Shown: in pieces, positions 38,610 through 48,374 of the stretch
Position numbering within the stretch: position 1 is the first letter of the stretch
How the letters are laid out: each line of letters begins with the position of its first letter
Assembly (NCBI GenBank): GCA_018141785.1
Contig: CP073341.1
Location: 1,465,422-1,529,421 of the forward strand
Source: Candidatus Paraprochloron terpiosi LD05
GTDB lineage: Bacteria; Cyanobacteriota; Cyanobacteriia; Cyanobacteriales; Prochloraceae
Reading direction: 5' to 3'
Length of the DNA stretch: 64,000 nucleotides
Position numbers and translations under genes: made by a program
The notes under the pieces: model-generated
Told to the model about the DNA's origin: nothing
Database searches by the model: none
Seen by the model: the letters and a program-made list of their open reading frames with translations, nothing else

Positions 38610-38948
38610 GTGTCAATTGCAGTAGGAATGATTGAAACCCTGGGCTTCCCAGCAGTAGTGGAAGCGGCAGATGCCATGGTCAAAGCAGCTCGGGTAACCC
38701 TAGTAGGATATGAAAAAATCGGCACCGGGAGGGTGACGGTAATCGTCCGAGGGGACGTATCAGAAGTACAAGCTTCCGTATCAGCAGGCATTGACAACGT
38801 CAAACGGGTCAATGGAGGTCAAGTCCTCTCCAACCACATTATTGCCCGTCCCCACGAAAACCTAGAATACGTCCTGCCCATTCGCTACACCGAAGCAGTA
38901 GAACAATTCCGGGAAAGCGTCAATCCACAACCTCTGAGAAGAGTGTAA
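38610..38948 (+). CDS. ccmK1: carboxysome shell protein CcmK (112 aa, CcmK1-like with C-terminal extension)
   Basis: BMC-H domain nearly identical to the upstream paralogue. GTG start. Confidence 0.9.
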   Translation: MSIAVGMIETLGFPAVVEAADAMVKAARVTLVGYEKIGTGRVTVIVRGDVSEVQASVSAGIDNVKRVNGGQVLSNHIIARPHENLEYVLPIRYTEAVEQFRESVNPQPLRRV

Positions 38949-38951
38949 ACC

Positions 38952-39263
38952 ATGCAAATTGCCAAAGTGCGGGGTACCGTTGTTAGCACCCACAAAACTC
39001 CCAATCTCACGGGAGTGAAACTGCTCCTCTTGCAATTTATGAATGTAGATGGACAACCAGTACCAAAATACGAAGTAGCAGGAGATACGGTAGGAGCGGG
39101 GGTTAATGAGTGGGTGCTAGTCACTAGAGGTGGTGCAGCCCGCAAAGACAGGGGTAAGGAAGAATGTCCCCTGGATGCCATGGTAGTAGGGATTATCGAT
39201 ACGGTGACGGTGGAGAATCGCCTGCTTTATAGCAAAAAGGATGAATTTAGGACCAATTACTAA
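38952..39263 (+). CDS. ccmL: carboxysome vertex protein CcmL
   Basis: EutN/CcmL pattern MQIAKVRGTVVSTHKTPNLTGVKLLLLQ...AGDTVGAGVNEWVLVTRGGAAR. Confidence 0.92.
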   Translation: MQIAKVRGTVVSTHKTPNLTGVKLLLLQFMNVDGQPVPKYEVAGDTVGAGVNEWVLVTRGGAARKDRGKEECPLDAMVVGIIDTVTVENRLLYSKKDEFRTNY

Positions 39264-39495
39264 ACCTGGACAAATCTCATCAAAGATGATAAAACCAGAG
39301 CATTCAGATTGGTGGAGCTTCACCCCCGGCATTGGTAAATTCTTGGTCACGATACCCTGGAGTGCGCGCCAGCTCTGGGCTGCTATCGCTACTGATTAAA
39401 CAGGTGATGAATCAGTTGAAAAGTTCAGTAGCCTAACAGAGCTTTGATAGCCGTAGGATGCCCACGTTACCCAAAACCGGAGTTCACACAAAACC
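39264..39495 (+). ncRNA. candidate omega-RNA (HEARO-type) of the IscB element
   Basis: 232 nt with no plausible ORF directly 5' of iscB, which is the canonical omega-RNA position. Visible stems: CTGATT/AATCAG (39392-39397 and 39410-39415) and CCAGAGC/GCTCTGG (39295-39301 and 39372-39378). No covariance model was run. Confidence 0.4.
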
Positions 39496-40773
39496 ATGTG
39501 TAATTACGTTTTTGTTTTAGATACCAATCAAAAACCTCTTAATTCCTGTCGCCCTGTTACCGCTAGGAAACTGCTGACGGCAGGGAAGGCGGCTGTCTAC
39601 CGTCGCTACCCTTTCACCATCATTCTCAAAAAGTCCGTACAGAGCTCGAACAAACCAATGGAGCTAAAGATAGATCCTGGCTCTAAAACCACTGGTTTAG
39701 CTTTACTTATGGGCTCCCAAGTGATATGGGGAGCCCAATTAGAACACCGTGGGAGTCGAATAAAATCTGCTTTGGATTCTCGTCGCGCTGTTCGCAGGAA
39801 TCGCCGACACCGAAAAACCCGTTACCGAAAAGCACGTTTTTTAAATCGCCGCCGTCCTCCAGGTTGGTTGGCCCCAAGCTTACAGCACCGAGTAGAAACC
39901 ACCATGACTTGGGTGAGACGGCTGATGAATTTGACTCCCATTAGTTCTATTTCGCAAGAGTTGGTTCGGTTTGATACGCAAAGGATGCAAAACCCGGAAA
40001 TCTCAGGCACTCTGTATCAACAAGGGGAGTTAATGGGCTATGAAGTTCGGGAGTATCTGTTGGAGAAATGGGGCCGCCAATGTGCTTACTGTGGAACATC
40101 TTCTGTTCCACTCGAAATAGAACACATCGTTCCCAAATCCAAAGGTGGAACCGATAGAGTATCCAATCTCACCTTAGCGTGCAATCCCTGTAACCAGGCT
40201 AAAGGGAATCTTGATATTCGGGATTTTTTATCAGGAAAACCGGATTTGTGCAAGCGGATTTTAGGCCTCACCGCAGGCACGTTAAAAGATGCTGCGGCTG
40301 TCAACACTACCCGTTGGAAACTTTATCGAAGTCTGAAAGAAACTGGATTGCCCGTAGCGGTAGGTACTGGCTCCAGAACTAAGTACAACAGGATGAGGCT
40401 GGACTTGCCCAAGTCTCACTGGCTTGATGCCGCTTGTGTAGAGGAGATAACGAAATTAAAGGTTTTAACAAATCAATCTCTTCAAATCAAAGCCATGGGG
40501 CACGGGTGCCGTCAGGTTATCCAGATGGATAAATATGGCTTTCCTCGTAAAGGATACAAACCTAAGCAACCTGTCAAAGGTTGGAAAACCGGAGATATCG
40601 TTAATGTGGTAGCAGGCAAAAATGTTGGATTACAAGGGGTAAGAATTAAAACCGTGCGAGCGAAAGGTAATTTTGATCTACGGGTTGGGTACGGCGTGGT
40701 CAGCGCATCTCGCAACCACATTCAGCCGGTTCATCGCCAAGATGGCTATTGCTATAGCTTTGTCGAATTATAA
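39496..40773 (+). CDS. iscB: IscB RNA-guided nuclease (PLMP - RuvC-I - bridge helix - RuvC-II - HNH - RuvC-III - TID)
   Basis: VFVLDTNQKPLNSCRPVTARKLLTAGKAAVYRRYPFTIILK; KIDPGSKTTGLAL; RRAVRRNRRHRKTRYRKARFLNRRRP; ISQELVRFD; CAYCG..EIEHIVPKSKGGTDRVSNLTLACNPCNQAKG; SHWLDAACV; C-terminal GWKTGDIVNV...RQDGYCY. Confidence 0.85.
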   Translation: MCNYVFVLDTNQKPLNSCRPVTARKLLTAGKAAVYRRYPFTIILKKSVQSSNKPMELKIDPGSKTTGLALLMGSQVIWGAQLEHRGSRIKSALDSRRAVRRNRRHRKTRYRKARFLNRRRPPGWLAPSLQHRVETTMTWVRRLMNLTPISSISQELVRFDTQRMQNPEISGTLYQQGELMGYEVREYLLEKWGRQCAYCGTSSVPLEIEHIVPKSKGGTDRVSNLTLACNPCNQAKGNLDIRDFLSGKPDLCKRILGLTAGTLKDAAAVNTTRWKLYRSLKETGLPVAVGTGSRTKYNRMRLDLPKSHWLDAACVEEITKLKVLTNQSLQIKAMGHGCRQVIQMDKYGFPRKGYKPKQPVKGWKTGDIVNVVAGKNVGLQGVRIKTVRAKGNFDLRVGYGVVSASRNHIQPVHRQDGYCYSFVEL

Positions 40774-40811
40774 GTAGGTTTGATAAGTTTTTTTGTTGGA
40801 GGAATTGAGAG

Positions 40812-42788
40812 ATGGTAGTCCGCAAAACGGCGGCTCCCCCGACTCCTTGGTCGAGAAGTTTAGCGGAACCTAAAATAGATGAGAGTGCCTACGTTCATTC
40901 CTTCTCCCTTGTTCTTGGAGATGTGAAAGTAGGAAGCGGGGTGCTAATTGCCCCGGGAACTTCTATTAGGGCTGATGAAGGCACTCCCTTCCATATTGGC
41001 AATGGGACCAATATTCAGGACGGAGTGGTGATTCACGGACTGGAGCAAGGTCGGTGCCAGGGGGATGATGGTCAGGATTACTCCGTCTGGATAGGCAAGG
41101 AGACCTGCATTACCCACATGGCTCTGATTCATGGTCCAGCTTATGTTGGGGATAACTGCTTTGTTGGCTTTCGTTCCACGGTATTTAACGCCAAATTGGG
41201 ACATGGCTGTATTGTGATGATGCACGCCCTCATTCAGGATGTGGAAATTCCCCCAGGGAAATACATCCCCTCTGGGGCTGTGATTACGAATCAGCAGCAA
41301 GCGGATCGGTTACCGGACGTGACTGATGCTGATCGCGGTTTTGCCAGTCATGTGGTGGAAATTAATGAAGCTTTGCGAGCAGGCTATCAGTGTGCCAAAG
41401 ATACCGCTTGTATTGCTCCGATTCGCAATGAACTGAATAGTTCTAACCCCCGCCAAAATGGTACTAACTATATAAATTCGATGGATTCTATGAACAGTTT
41501 ACAGGTCGAAATCAAGCAACAGGTAAGAAATCTCCTCCAATCAGGATATAAAATCAGTACGGAACATGCTAATAAACGTCGGTTTAAAACCAGTTCTTGG
41601 TTATCTGGTCCCAGTATTATCGGTTCTCGGGAAGACCAAGTCATGGCTGAGTTACAAAGAGCTGCTGGAGAACACCCAGGAGAATATGTCCGTTTGCTGG
41701 GAATAGACCCAAAAGGGAAGCGGCGGGTTCTGGAAATGATTATTCAACGACCTGGGGATGGTGAAGTTCAAAGTTTTAATGGACTTTCCGCACCTACAGT
41801 TAATTATAGCAGTGTGGCTGCCAGCAATAATGGCAGTTTAAATGGGGGCATACCAGAGCAAGTATCTAATCTTCTCGCTCAAGGATACAAAATCGGCATC
41901 GAACACGCCAATAAACGTCGTTTCAAAACCAGTTCTTGGCTTAGTGGACCAGTGCTGCAAGGTCAAAATAGTCAAGTACTCAGAGATTTAGAAGGGATTT
42001 TGGCAGAATATTCAGGAGAATACGTCCGCTTGCTGGGCATTGACCCGAAATCCAAGCGACGGGTATTAGAGCAAGTAATTCAAAGACCAGGAGAAAGCCA
42101 AAGTTTAGGTAATGGTTCCACCACAACTTCCAATTATAGCAGTTACAACCAGGGAAATACAGCACAAGGTGGTTTGAGTGCAGAAACAGTCCAACAGGTA
42201 CGCTCCCTCCTATCTCAAGGATACAAAATTGGTACGGAACACGCCAATAAGCGACGCTTCAAAACCAGTTCTTGGCAAAGCTGTTCCCCTATTGATAGTA
42301 ACCGAGAGTCGGAAGTAATTGCCGCATTGGAAGCTTGCTTGCAGGAACACCAAGGAGAGTATGTCCGCCTCCTAGGTATTGACTCAAAAGCCAAGCGACG
42401 GGTGTTAGAGAAGATTATCCAACGTCCTTCTGATAATGGCACTGTGATCCAGGAGAGAGCAACAGCAACAAGTTACACTGCGACAGTTCCTAGTAATAAT
42501 GGCAGTGTTGGGGTTGAAACTAGCAGTAGCTTGAGTAGCGATGCAGTCCAACAGGTACGCTCTCTCCTGTCTCAAGGGTACAAAATTGGTACAGAACACG
42601 CCAACAAGCGTCGTTTCAAAACCAGTTCTTGGCAAAGCTGTTCCCCCATTGAAAGTAACCGGGAATCAGATGTAATTGCAGCATTGGAAGCTTGCTTGCA
42701 GGAACACCAAGGAGAGTATGTCCGTTTGATTGGTATTGACTCAAAAGCCAAGCGGCGGGTGTCGGAAACCATTATCCAAAGACCTTAA
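40812..42788 (+). CDS. ccmM: carboxysome assembly protein CcmM (gamma-CA-like domain plus four RbcS-like SSUL repeats)
   Basis: The N-terminus has gamma-carbonic-anhydrase left-handed beta-helix motifs. There are four repeats of QV(R/S)[24 protein letters not shown]...GEYVRLxGID.K.KRRV (about 41517-42785). Repeats 3 and 4 are about 90 percent identical at the nucleotide level with a 357-nt period. Confidence 0.92.
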   Translation: MVVRKTAAPPTPWSRSLAEPKIDESAYVHSFSLVLGDVKVGSGVLIAPGTSIRADEGTPFHIGNGTNIQDGVVIHGLEQGRCQGDDGQDYSVWIGKETCITHMALIHGPAYVGDNCFVGFRSTVFNAKLGHGCIVMMHALIQDVEIPPGKYIPSGAVITNQQQADRLPDVTDADRGFASHVVEINEALRAGYQCAKDTACIAPIRNELNSSNPRQNGTNYINSMDSMNSLQVEIKQQVRNLLQSGYKISTEHANKRRFKTSSWLSGPSIIGSREDQVMAELQRAAGEHPGEYVRLLGIDPKGKRRVLEMIIQRPGDGEVQSFNGLSAPTVNYSSVAASNNGSLNGGIPEQVSNLLAQGYKIGIEHANKRRFKTSSWLSGPVLQGQNSQVLRDLEGILAEYSGEYVRLLGIDPKSKRRVLEQVIQRPGESQSLGNGSTTTSNYSSYNQGNTAQGGLSAETVQQVRSLLSQGYKIGTEHANKRRFKTSSWQSCSPIDSNRESEVIAALEACLQEHQGEYVRLLGIDSKAKRRVLEKIIQRPSDNGTVIQERATATSYTATVPSNNGSVGVETSSSLSSDAVQQVRSLLSQGYKIGTEHANKRRFKTSSWQSCSPIESNRESDVIAALEACLQEHQGEYVRLIGIDSKAKRRVSETIIQRP

Positions 42789-42865
42789 ACCGCGTCCTGT
42801 AACCAAAAATGATTAAGTAATGCTGTAATTTTTTAAACCAATCCTACCTATTAGTTTTGGCAATA

Positions 42866-42942
42866 GTAGGTTGGGTTAGCGATGGCGTAACCCAACATAA
42901 ATCTCCTTGGGTGTTGGGTTTCGTTCCCTCAACCCAACCTAC
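42866..42942. repeat. pair of GGTTGGGTT...AACCCAAC hairpin repeats (MITE-like) in the ccmM-ccmN spacer
   Basis: gtaGGTTGGGTTagcgatggcgtAACCCAAC (42866-42896) and gtGTTGGGTTtcgttccctcAACCCAACctac (42911-42942). Confidence 0.5.
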
Positions 42943-42943
42943 A

Positions 42944-43423
42944 AGGAAACCATCTATGCTGCCAAAAGCACGCGAAGCATACCCCAATGAAAGATAATGG
43001 TCACAGATAACTTTACTAATGCTGTAAAAGTTTATTATTTGCCACCAATCCTACCTATTAGTAATAATCGCATTTACGTGAGTGGCGATGTGACAATTCA
43101 TCCTTCTGCCGCAGTAGCTTCTGGAGCAGTCCTCCAAGCTGCTCCTAACAGTAAAATTGTCATTGGTGCTGGAGCAATAGTCAACAGGAAACCACCTATG
43201 CTGCCAAAAACAAGCAATGCATACTATATTACATGATAAAATTTTTTATAACTTTTATCATGCAGGAAAAGTTAATAAACTGCCACAAATTCTACCTATT
43301 AATCATAATCGCATTTACGTGAGTGGCGATGTGACAATTCATCCTTCTGCCGCAGTAGCTTCTGGAGCAGTCCTCCAAGCTGCTCCTAATAGTAAAATTG
43401 TCATTGGGGCTGGAGCAATAGTC
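42944..43423 (+). repeat. tandem duplication (~241-242 nt unit) covering the ccmN upstream region and its first ~55 codons
   Basis: aggaaaccaTctatgctgccaaaagca (42944) matches aggaaaccaCctatgctgccaaaaaca (43186). The 120-nt blocks 43063-43182 and 43304-43423 are nearly identical. A third partial copy of taatgctgtaa...ccaatcctacctattagt lies at 42818-42860. Confidence 0.85.
42997..43236 (+). pseudogene. truncated duplicate of the ccmN 5' end
   Basis: The 79-aa ORF contains NNRIYVSGDVTIHPSAAVASGAVLQAAPNSKIVIGAGAIV, identical to CcmN residues, and then runs into the duplication junction. Confidence 0.5.
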
Positions 43424-43927
43424 GGTATGGGAGCAGTCTTAAATGCTTATGACGGCGCTCTGGAAATCGAAAGCGGTGCAGTCTTGGGAGCTGGGGTTTT
43501 GATAGTAGGTGCGGGAAAAATCGGTGCTAATGCCTGTATTGGCACCGCCACCACCATTTTTAATGGAGACATTCCTCAGGGGGCAACATTAGCTCAGGGT
43601 TCCCTCATTGGCGATCCATCTCGTTCCATTACCGAGTCAAGGGAGACAAAAACAGATCAAGATGAAGTAAAAGAGGAGTCTGAGGGAACCTCAGAAGGGA
43701 AAGAAGATGAGAACGCGGTATCCCCAGAACCAGAAGTTATCGATAATGAAGCGTCAGCAGAACCGGAAGTTAATATTGAAGTGTCTAAAGATAAAGCGGA
43801 ACCATCTTCTTCTGAGCAGCAGCAGCCAAATGCACCAGTGGTAGGTAAAGTTTATATTAACCAACTGCTACTTACTCTTTTTCCTCAAGGACAAAATTTA
43901 AACAATCGCCAAAAACAGGTACCATGA
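43217..43927 (+). CDS. ccmN: carboxysome assembly protein CcmN
   Basis: Hexapeptide-repeat N-terminal domain, an acidic linker, and a C-terminal encapsulation-peptide-like VYINQLLLTLFPQGQ. The ATG lies inside the duplication junction. Confidence 0.8.
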   Translation: MHTILHDKIFYNFYHAGKVNKLPQILPINHNRIYVSGDVTIHPSAAVASGAVLQAAPNSKIVIGAGAIVGMGAVLNAYDGALEIESGAVLGAGVLIVGAGKIGANACIGTATTIFNGDIPQGATLAQGSLIGDPSRSITESRETKTDQDEVKEESEGTSEGKEDENAVSPEPEVIDNEASAEPEVNIEVSKDKAEPSSSEQQQPNAPVVGKVYINQLLLTLFPQGQNLNNRQKQVP

Positions 43928-44349
43928 CAGTTATCAATGGTTGTTAATTTAGTCCAGCACGAAAACCCAGTAATAAATACCTATTGTACTTTCATGCTAG
44001 ATGGTCACGATCAAACTAATCATAGGTAATTAAACTCAAGTAAACTCATGCTTGAGTGCAACATGTTGCTTAATGTAAAGATTTTGATACGTTGATAAAG
44101 GTTGATGAAGTTGTGATTAGTAAAATTAATCTAGGAGGAAAAAAATATAAATATTAAAAAAATATTTATAAAATACACAACTCGTGTTACGATGAGAAAT
44201 CGAAATAAGAAATAGTCTAATGGACTTGTTATCATAGTTTTCGCGAAGCTAGATAACAAGCTTAAAAATGTTTCTACCCGAAACCACGCACTATAAGTGC
44301 ACTGTTCGGAAGACAAAACAAAGCCTTTGATTGATGGAGGAAAGACTAC

Positions 44350-45768
44350 ATGGTACAAACCAAATCAAGCGCCGGGTTTAAGGCTGGAGTACAGGACTAC
44401 CGCCTAACCTACTACACCCCCGACTATACACCAAAAGATACGGATCTTCTGGCAGCATTCCGCGTCACGGCTCAACCGGGGGTACCTCCTGAAGAAGCTG
44501 GAGCTGCTGTAGCAGCAGAATCTTCTACTGGAACTTGGACAACGGTTTGGACAGACGGACTGACGGATCTGGATCGCTATAAAGGTCGTTGTTACGATAT
44601 CGAGCCGATCCCCGGAGAGGATAATCAATTTTTTGCCTTCATTGCCTATCCCCTAGACTTATTTGAAGAAGGCTCCGTCACCAACATGCTCACCTCCATT
44701 GTGGGTAATGTCTTTGGTTTCAAAGCCCTGCGCGCTCTGCGTCTGGAAGACTTGAGGGTTCCTGTGGCTTACCTGAAGACCTTCCAAGGCCCTCCCCACG
44801 GTATTACCGTTGAGCGGGATAAGTTGAACAAGTACGGTCGTCCCCTGCTGGGTTGTACCATTAAGCCCAAGTTGGGTCTGTCCGCTAAAAACTATGGTCG
44901 GGCAGTTTATGAGTGTCTCCGGGGTGGTTTAGACTTCACCAAAGACGACGAGAACATTAACTCCCAACCCTTCATGCGTTGGCGCGATCGCTTCCTCTTT
45001 GTTCAAGAAGCCATTGAAAAAGCTCAAGCTGAAACCAACGAAATTAAAGGTCACTACTTGAACGTCACCGCTCCCACCCTGGAGCAAATGATGGAGCGAG
45101 CTGAATTCGCCAAGGAAATCGGCACCCCCATCATTATGCACGACTATCTCACTGGGGGTTTCACTGCCAACACCACCCTAGCTCGCTGGTGTCGAAGCAA
45201 CGGCCTTCTGCTCCACATTCACCGCGCTATGCACGCCGTGATTGACCGTCAGAAAAACCACGGTATGCACTTCCGAGTCTTAGCTAAGTGCTTGCGCATG
45301 TCTGGGGGCGATCACCTTCACTCCGGTACCGTTGTGGGTAAGCTGGAAGGTGAGCGGGGCATCACCATGGGCTTCGTTGACCTAATGCGGGAAGACTATA
45401 TCGAGGAAGATCGTTCTCGCGGTATTTTCTTCACCCAAGATTGGGCTTCTATGCCAGGGGTAATGCCTGTAGCTTCCGGTGGGATCCACGTTTGGCACAT
45501 GCCCGCTCTGGTAGAAATCTTCGGCGATGACTCCTGCTTACAGTTTGGTGGTGGTACTCTCGGTCACCCCTGGGGTAATGCTCCCGGTGCAACTGCTAAT
45601 CGGGTTGCTTTGGAAGCTTGTATTCAAGCTCGTAACGAAGGTCGCAGCTTAGCGCGGGAAGGTAATGACGTTATCCGGGAAGCTTGTCGCTGGTCTCCAG
45701 AATTGGCTGCTGCTTGCGAACTATGGAAGGAAATTAAGTTCGAGTTTGAAGCCATGGATACACTCTAA
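44350..45768 (+). CDS. rbcL: RuBisCO large subunit, form IB
   Basis: Full-length RbcL, including [23 protein letters not shown]. Confidence 0.97.
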   Translation: MVQTKSSAGFKAGVQDYRLTYYTPDYTPKDTDLLAAFRVTAQPGVPPEEAGAAVAAESSTGTWTTVWTDGLTDLDRYKGRCYDIEPIPGEDNQFFAFIAYPLDLFEEGSVTNMLTSIVGNVFGFKALRALRLEDLRVPVAYLKTFQGPPHGITVERDKLNKYGRPLLGCTIKPKLGLSAKNYGRAVYECLRGGLDFTKDDENINSQPFMRWRDRFLFVQEAIEKAQAETNEIKGHYLNVTAPTLEQMMERAEFAKEIGTPIIMHDYLTGGFTANTTLARWCRSNGLLLHIHRAMHAVIDRQKNHGMHFRVLAKCLRMSGGDHLHSGTVVGKLEGERGITMGFVDLMREDYIEEDRSRGIFFTQDWASMPGVMPVASGGIHVWHMPALVEIFGDDSCLQFGGGTLGHPWGNAPGATANRVALEACIQARNEGRSLAREGNDVIREACRWSPELAAACELWKEIKFEFEAMDTL

Positions 45769-45854
45769 TCCAAGGTTAGCTGTTAGTTTTTAGGAGTTAA
45801 TACCTAATTACTAACAATTCTGCTCAGGGGTCTCTAGGGAGACGGGAAAGAATA

Positions 45855-46259
45855 ATGTATCCTAAAAAAGTTGCTCAAGATACGGCTAAGGTTCTACAAA
45901 GTTACCTTACCTATCAGGCGGTATGCACTATCATAAACCAACTAACTGAAACTAATCCTGGTAAAGCTATTTGGTTGCGACAATATTCTGACGTCAATAA
46001 GATTCAGGATGGAGAAGCATATCTCGAAAAACTTATGTCAGAAGACAAAGAGTTAGTTATGCGGATAATGAAAGTACGGGAACACTTAGGTGAACAAGTG
46101 CTGGAGTTTCTACCGGAGATGGTGATTACTGGCATTAAGCAGGCTAACTTGGAACACCGCCGTCGGCTTTTGGAACGTCTGACCCAGTCCCCCGACCCTG
46201 ACCTCAACCCCAAGGCGAATAACTCCAACTCGGATGTTGATCCGCCTGAAAACGAATAA
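45855..46259 (+). CDS. rbcX: RuBisCO assembly chaperone RbcX
   Basis: Position between rbcL and rbc[22 protein letters not shown] is the RbcX core. Confidence 0.85.
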   Translation: MYPKKVAQDTAKVLQSYLTYQAVCTIINQLTETNPGKAIWLRQYSDVNKIQDGEAYLEKLMSEDKELVMRIMKVREHLGEQVLEFLPEMVITGIKQANLEHRRRLLERLTQSPDPDLNPKANNSNSDVDPPENE

Positions 46260-46288
46260 TTGTTAGTTTATCCTCAAGGAAGCAGCCC

Positions 46289-46627
46289 ATGAAAACTTTA
46301 TCTAAAGAGCGCCGTTACGAAACTCTCTCCTATTTGCCCCCCTTAACGGACCAGCAGATCGCTAAGCAGATCGAGTACATGATCGACCAAGGGTTTATTC
46401 CCGCAGTTGAGTTTGAAGAAGACCCCAAACCTACCGATCACCACTGGACACTGTGGAAGTTGCCTCTCTTTCAAGCCCGTAGCGCTCAGGACGTTTTAAA
46501 TGAAGTACGGGAGTGTCGTTCCGAGTACTCTAATTCTTACATTCGGGTGATTGGTTTTGACAATATTAAGCAATGCCAAATGGTGAGCTTTATCGTTCAT
46601 AAGCCCAGCAACAGCCGCCGCTACTAA
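46289..46627 (+). CDS. rbcS: RuBisCO small subunit
   Basis: [37 protein letters not shown]... Confidence 0.95.
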   Translation: MKTLSKERRYETLSYLPPLTDQQIAKQIEYMIDQGFIPAVEFEEDPKPTDHHWTLWKLPLFQARSAQDVLNEVRECRSEYSNSYIRVIGFDNIKQCQMVSFIVHKPSNSRRY

Positions 46628-46650
46628 GGCACTTTGAAATAGTTACCTGT

Positions 46651-46700
46651 GGGGAGAAAGGGTAACATTTACCTTTTCTCTCCTTTCTCTGTTTCTCTGT
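46651..46700 (+). terminator. candidate intrinsic terminator of rbcLXS
   Basis: 14-bp stem (46651-46664 pairing with 46670-46683, two G-U pairs, 5-nt loop) followed by the T-rich tttctctgtttctct. Confidence 0.5.
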
Positions 46701-46750
46701 GTACTCTGTGCCCTCTGTGGTTAAAACAAAAATTCTATAGTAGTATTTAG

Positions 46751-47548
46751 TTAATTAGTGTTATCCTTCATATTAAGTTTTTGACAAATTTGCTCCCACT
46801 CTTTTTTCAGAGTTGGATTTAACTTATCAAAGTCAGTTTTTGAAAGCAGGATTCCGGCACTAGACTTCGCAGCCTCATATTCAACAAACGCATCAAGTAC
46901 AGTTGCAATAGCATCGGAAGTATCTTGATCTGATTTACGTAAAAAATGGGAATGAAGCTCATTAAATATATGCTCAGAGCGAGACCGCAAAATTTCCAGT
47001 CTCAGCCATTCACCAATAATATTCTGGGAGAAAACTAACAGTGTTATCCACGTAAGCAGCTCCAAATTATCGTGAGGAATAGAAAAAACTAAGATCCAAG
47101 CCACAAGATATACTAAAATGATGATTCGCTTTCGATTCAGCATTCTTGCAGCGATTTTATGACTGAAGAACGCATTCTCCATGGTATTTGCTCCAAGGCG
47201 TTGCACCGATGGAGAATATTCATTGTTATAGTAGAGAAATGTTCGATCTAGAGAAAGCGCTACCCCAAATGAATCTGAAAGCAACTGTTTTCTTCTCTTT
47301 TGTTCTGCTCGTGGTAGTAGGTACAAGCTAGATGCCTGAGAAAGGGCGAATTGTATCAAGACCAAGACAAGAAAAATTGCCCGCAAAACACCTGACCCTG
47401 ACTTTCCAAGGATTAGTGTCGAGTAGGGCATAACGAACGACAAGGCTACATTGGTCCAGAAGAGTCTATTTATAATTGACCCAATTTTTTCGATCGGAGC
47501 ATAATACTGCGAGATTTCATCAACCTTTGTTGTATCTGTATCATTCAT
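46751..47548 (-). CDS. four-TM putative effector (S-4TM-like) partnered with a SMODS nucleotidyltransferase
   Basis: 265 aa. Four hydrophobic helices (LFWTNVALSFVMPYSTLILG; VLRAIFLVLVLIQFALSQASSLYLL; IIILVYLVAWILVFSI; LELLTWITLLVFSQNIIG) and a helical C-terminal tail. ATGA overlap with the upstream gene. Confidence 0.55.
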   Translation of the reverse strand: MNDTDTTKVDEISQYYAPIEKIGSIINRLFWTNVALSFVMPYSTLILGKSGSGVLRAIFLVLVLIQFALSQASSLYLLPRAEQKRRKQLLSDSFGVALSLDRTFLYYNNEYSPSVQRLGANTMENAFFSHKIAARMLNRKRIIILVYLVAWILVFSIPHDNLELLTWITLLVFSQNIIGEWLRLEILRSRSEHIFNELHSHFLRKSDQDTSDAIATVLDAFVEYEAAKSSAGILLSKTDFDKLNPTLKKEWEQICQKLNMKDNTN

Positions 47549-48330
47549 AGTGAAGGTACGATTTTTTGTATTTCGGACTTGGCTCTGTCAATCATATTAC
47601 TTTCTTCATATTCCTTCGCTTGTTTTGCGTATCTCTTTGCCCTATCAACCATAGTTTTGATATACTCAGGAGTATCATATCCACAACTAAATACTGACCA
47701 AAACAAGTAAAAGTAGTCTTTCAGAGCCGAGCATCCCCAAAACGACGTATTAATAATGTATTGTTCCATTGAGAATGATGGGAACGGGTGCTTGTTGCGA
47801 GCATTCCAATATTTCACCAAACGAACTAATGGTTTGATTAGATAGTTGTTCTCCTTATTCTTGTTCTGAAGCGATTGATTAATCCCGGATGGATCAGTGC
47901 TTATCCATTCACTGTAAGATGAGGCAGGCGAGGGAATATAGTAACCGTAATTGTTGATTGCGGGAACTAGCTCAAAGTTGATATGATTCAAAGAAAGAAC
48001 AATTGTGGGGTGGGATTGGTATATTTCTGACGTCGAATATTTTTCCGTTACAAAATTCTTGAGATGATTAAGGTAAGTTTGCGGTTTTTTCTTACCATCA
48101 GATGTATCAAAAATGACCATGTAATCAATATCTGAATTACCGTCTGCTTTGCGCGGAAGAATTGTACCACGAGTGCTAGAGCAAAATTGAAAGTGACCGA
48201 TCACTTGATTGCCAAAGTACAAATTCAACCTAGATGAAAGTGTTTTGATGGAAGTAGAAATACTTGATTTTTCTGAATCTGATAGGACAAGGTCGCTTGC
48301 TAAACTTGTGAGGTGTGAATTTACTGACAT
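47545..48330 (-). CDS. SMODS-type (CD-NTase-like) nucleotidyltransferase
   Basis: The layout is typical of SMODS proteins: N-terminal LSDSEKSSISTSIKTLSSRL; the NTase core FCSSTRGTILPRKADGNSDIDYMVIF; a second acidic strand NFELVPA; then STDPSG...NKNKENNYLIKPLVRLVKYWN. The conserved Gly of the G-S motif is Cys here. Confidence 0.6.
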   Translation of the reverse strand: MSVNSHLTSLASDLVLSDSEKSSISTSIKTLSSRLNLYFGNQVIGHFQFCSSTRGTILPRKADGNSDIDYMVIFDTSDGKKKPQTYLNHLKNFVTEKYSTSEIYQSHPTIVLSLNHINFELVPAINNYGYYIPSPASSYSEWISTDPSGINQSLQNKNKENNYLIKPLVRLVKYWNARNKHPFPSFSMEQYIINTSFWGCSALKDYFYLFWSVFSCGYDTPEYIKTMVDRAKRYAKQAKEYEESNMIDRAKSEIQKIVPSL

Positions 48331-48374
48331 ATTTTTTGAGTGTTATTTATATCTTGAGAGTATGACTTCAATAT

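Larger units (their letters stand above)
39264..40790 (+). mobile_element. IscB-type (IS200/IS605-superfamily, OMEGA) element without tnpA, inserted between ccmL and ccmM
   Basis: About 1.5 kb of extra DNA sits where ccmL and ccmM are normally adjacent. It contains a non-coding leader plus iscB. The exact ends were not determined. Confidence 0.55.

Noticed and set aside
38152-38812. ORFs overlapping ccmK2/ccmK1 in other frames or on the other strand (38152-38352, 38230-38472, 38570-38812, 38862-39181)
   Set aside because: The BMC-domain frames are unambiguous. The alternative frames are mirror or offset readings of the same conserved sequence.
44131-44358. 75-aa ORF antisense in the rbcL upstream region, and the AT-rich palindrome ATAAATAT-N7-ATATTTAT (about 44145-44168)
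   Set aside because: The ORF is an AT-rich low-complexity reading of a promoter region. The palindrome could be regulatory, but I have no motif knowledge to tie it to a factor (no GTA-N8-TAC NtcA site seen), so it is not called.
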